Part shown: positions 19,427 through 20,029 of the stretch, piece after piece
Layout: each line of letters begins with the position of its first letter
Position numbering within the stretch: the first letter of the stretch is position 1
From: Octopus sinensis
Lineage: Eukaryota
Assembly (NCBI RefSeq): GCF_006345805.1
Contig: NW_021824070.1
Location: 1 to 20,029, forward strand
Length of the DNA: 20,029 nt
Direction of reading: 5' to 3'
Translations under genes and position numbers: made by a program
The notes under the pieces: generated by a model
What the model was told of the DNA's origin: nothing
The model's input: the letters and a program-made list of their open reading frames with translations, nothing else
Database searches by the model: none

Positions 19427-19454
19427 AACACACACGCACACATATATATATATA

Positions 19455-19608
19455 CGACGGGATTCTCTCAGTTTCCACCTACCAAATCCCCTCACAGGGC
19501 TTTGGTCGGCCCGAAGCTATAGTAGAAGACACTTGCTCAAGGTGCCACGCAGTGGGACTGAACCCGGAACCATGTGGTTGGTAAGCAAGCTACTTACCAC
19601 ACAGCCAC
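19455..19608 (-). mobile_element. SINE family A 5' portion
   Basis: tRNA-like head with A/B boxes through GTCGT, followed by TG/TA microsatellite. Confidence 0.88.
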
Positions 19609-19628
19609 TATGTATATATGTATGCATG

Positions 19629-19668
<40 letters not shown>

Positions 19669-19989
19669 AACACATAGAATAATTTCTTATATATTTTCTA
19701 TACATATTCATCTGCAATTTATGCAGGAATAATAAATATATCCACATATACTTTATAATTCCTATTATTATCAGGAAAACTGAATAAATTAGTTGATAGC
19801 AAACGTTAATAGCCAACAGTTAATAACGTTAAACAAGGAAAGAAACAGGACGTAGAATGTTAATTAGATACAAATAACTTTCTAGATGAACGTCCGTCCA
19901 GAATTATACAGAATATTAAATAACTTCCACCATCTTCCGGATGTGTAATTTCGTCTTCTTTATTTATCTATCGTCTGCTATTATTATTA

Positions 19990-20029
<40 letters not shown>

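Overview
This is repeat-saturated, AT-rich eukaryotic DNA. The SINE families, microsatellite load, mariner and R4/Dong remnants look like an Octopus (coleoid cephalopod) intronic or intergenic region; the species call is from recognition, not a search. No host protein-coding exon could be supported, and most ORFs in the track are microsatellite translations. Recognisable content: a decayed R4/Dong-type RLE LINE (~12250-13737), a decayed DD34D mariner (~15393-16009), a mariner-derived MITE, a Helentron/HINE-like element, about 15 tRNA-derived SINE copies or fragments from three families, several foldback elements, and mini/microsatellites. The main hidden signal, found by manual folding, is up to seven type I hammerhead-ribozyme-like motifs. 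All have the short palindromic stem III typical of Penelope-like-element (dimeric) hammerheads, and none has a fully canonical core. The most striking is a divergent pair inside a 284-bp palindrome (435-718) whose core reads GUGAACA, i.e. the C3-G8 tertiary pair swapped to G3-C8. All folds are by eye and catalytic activity is untested.
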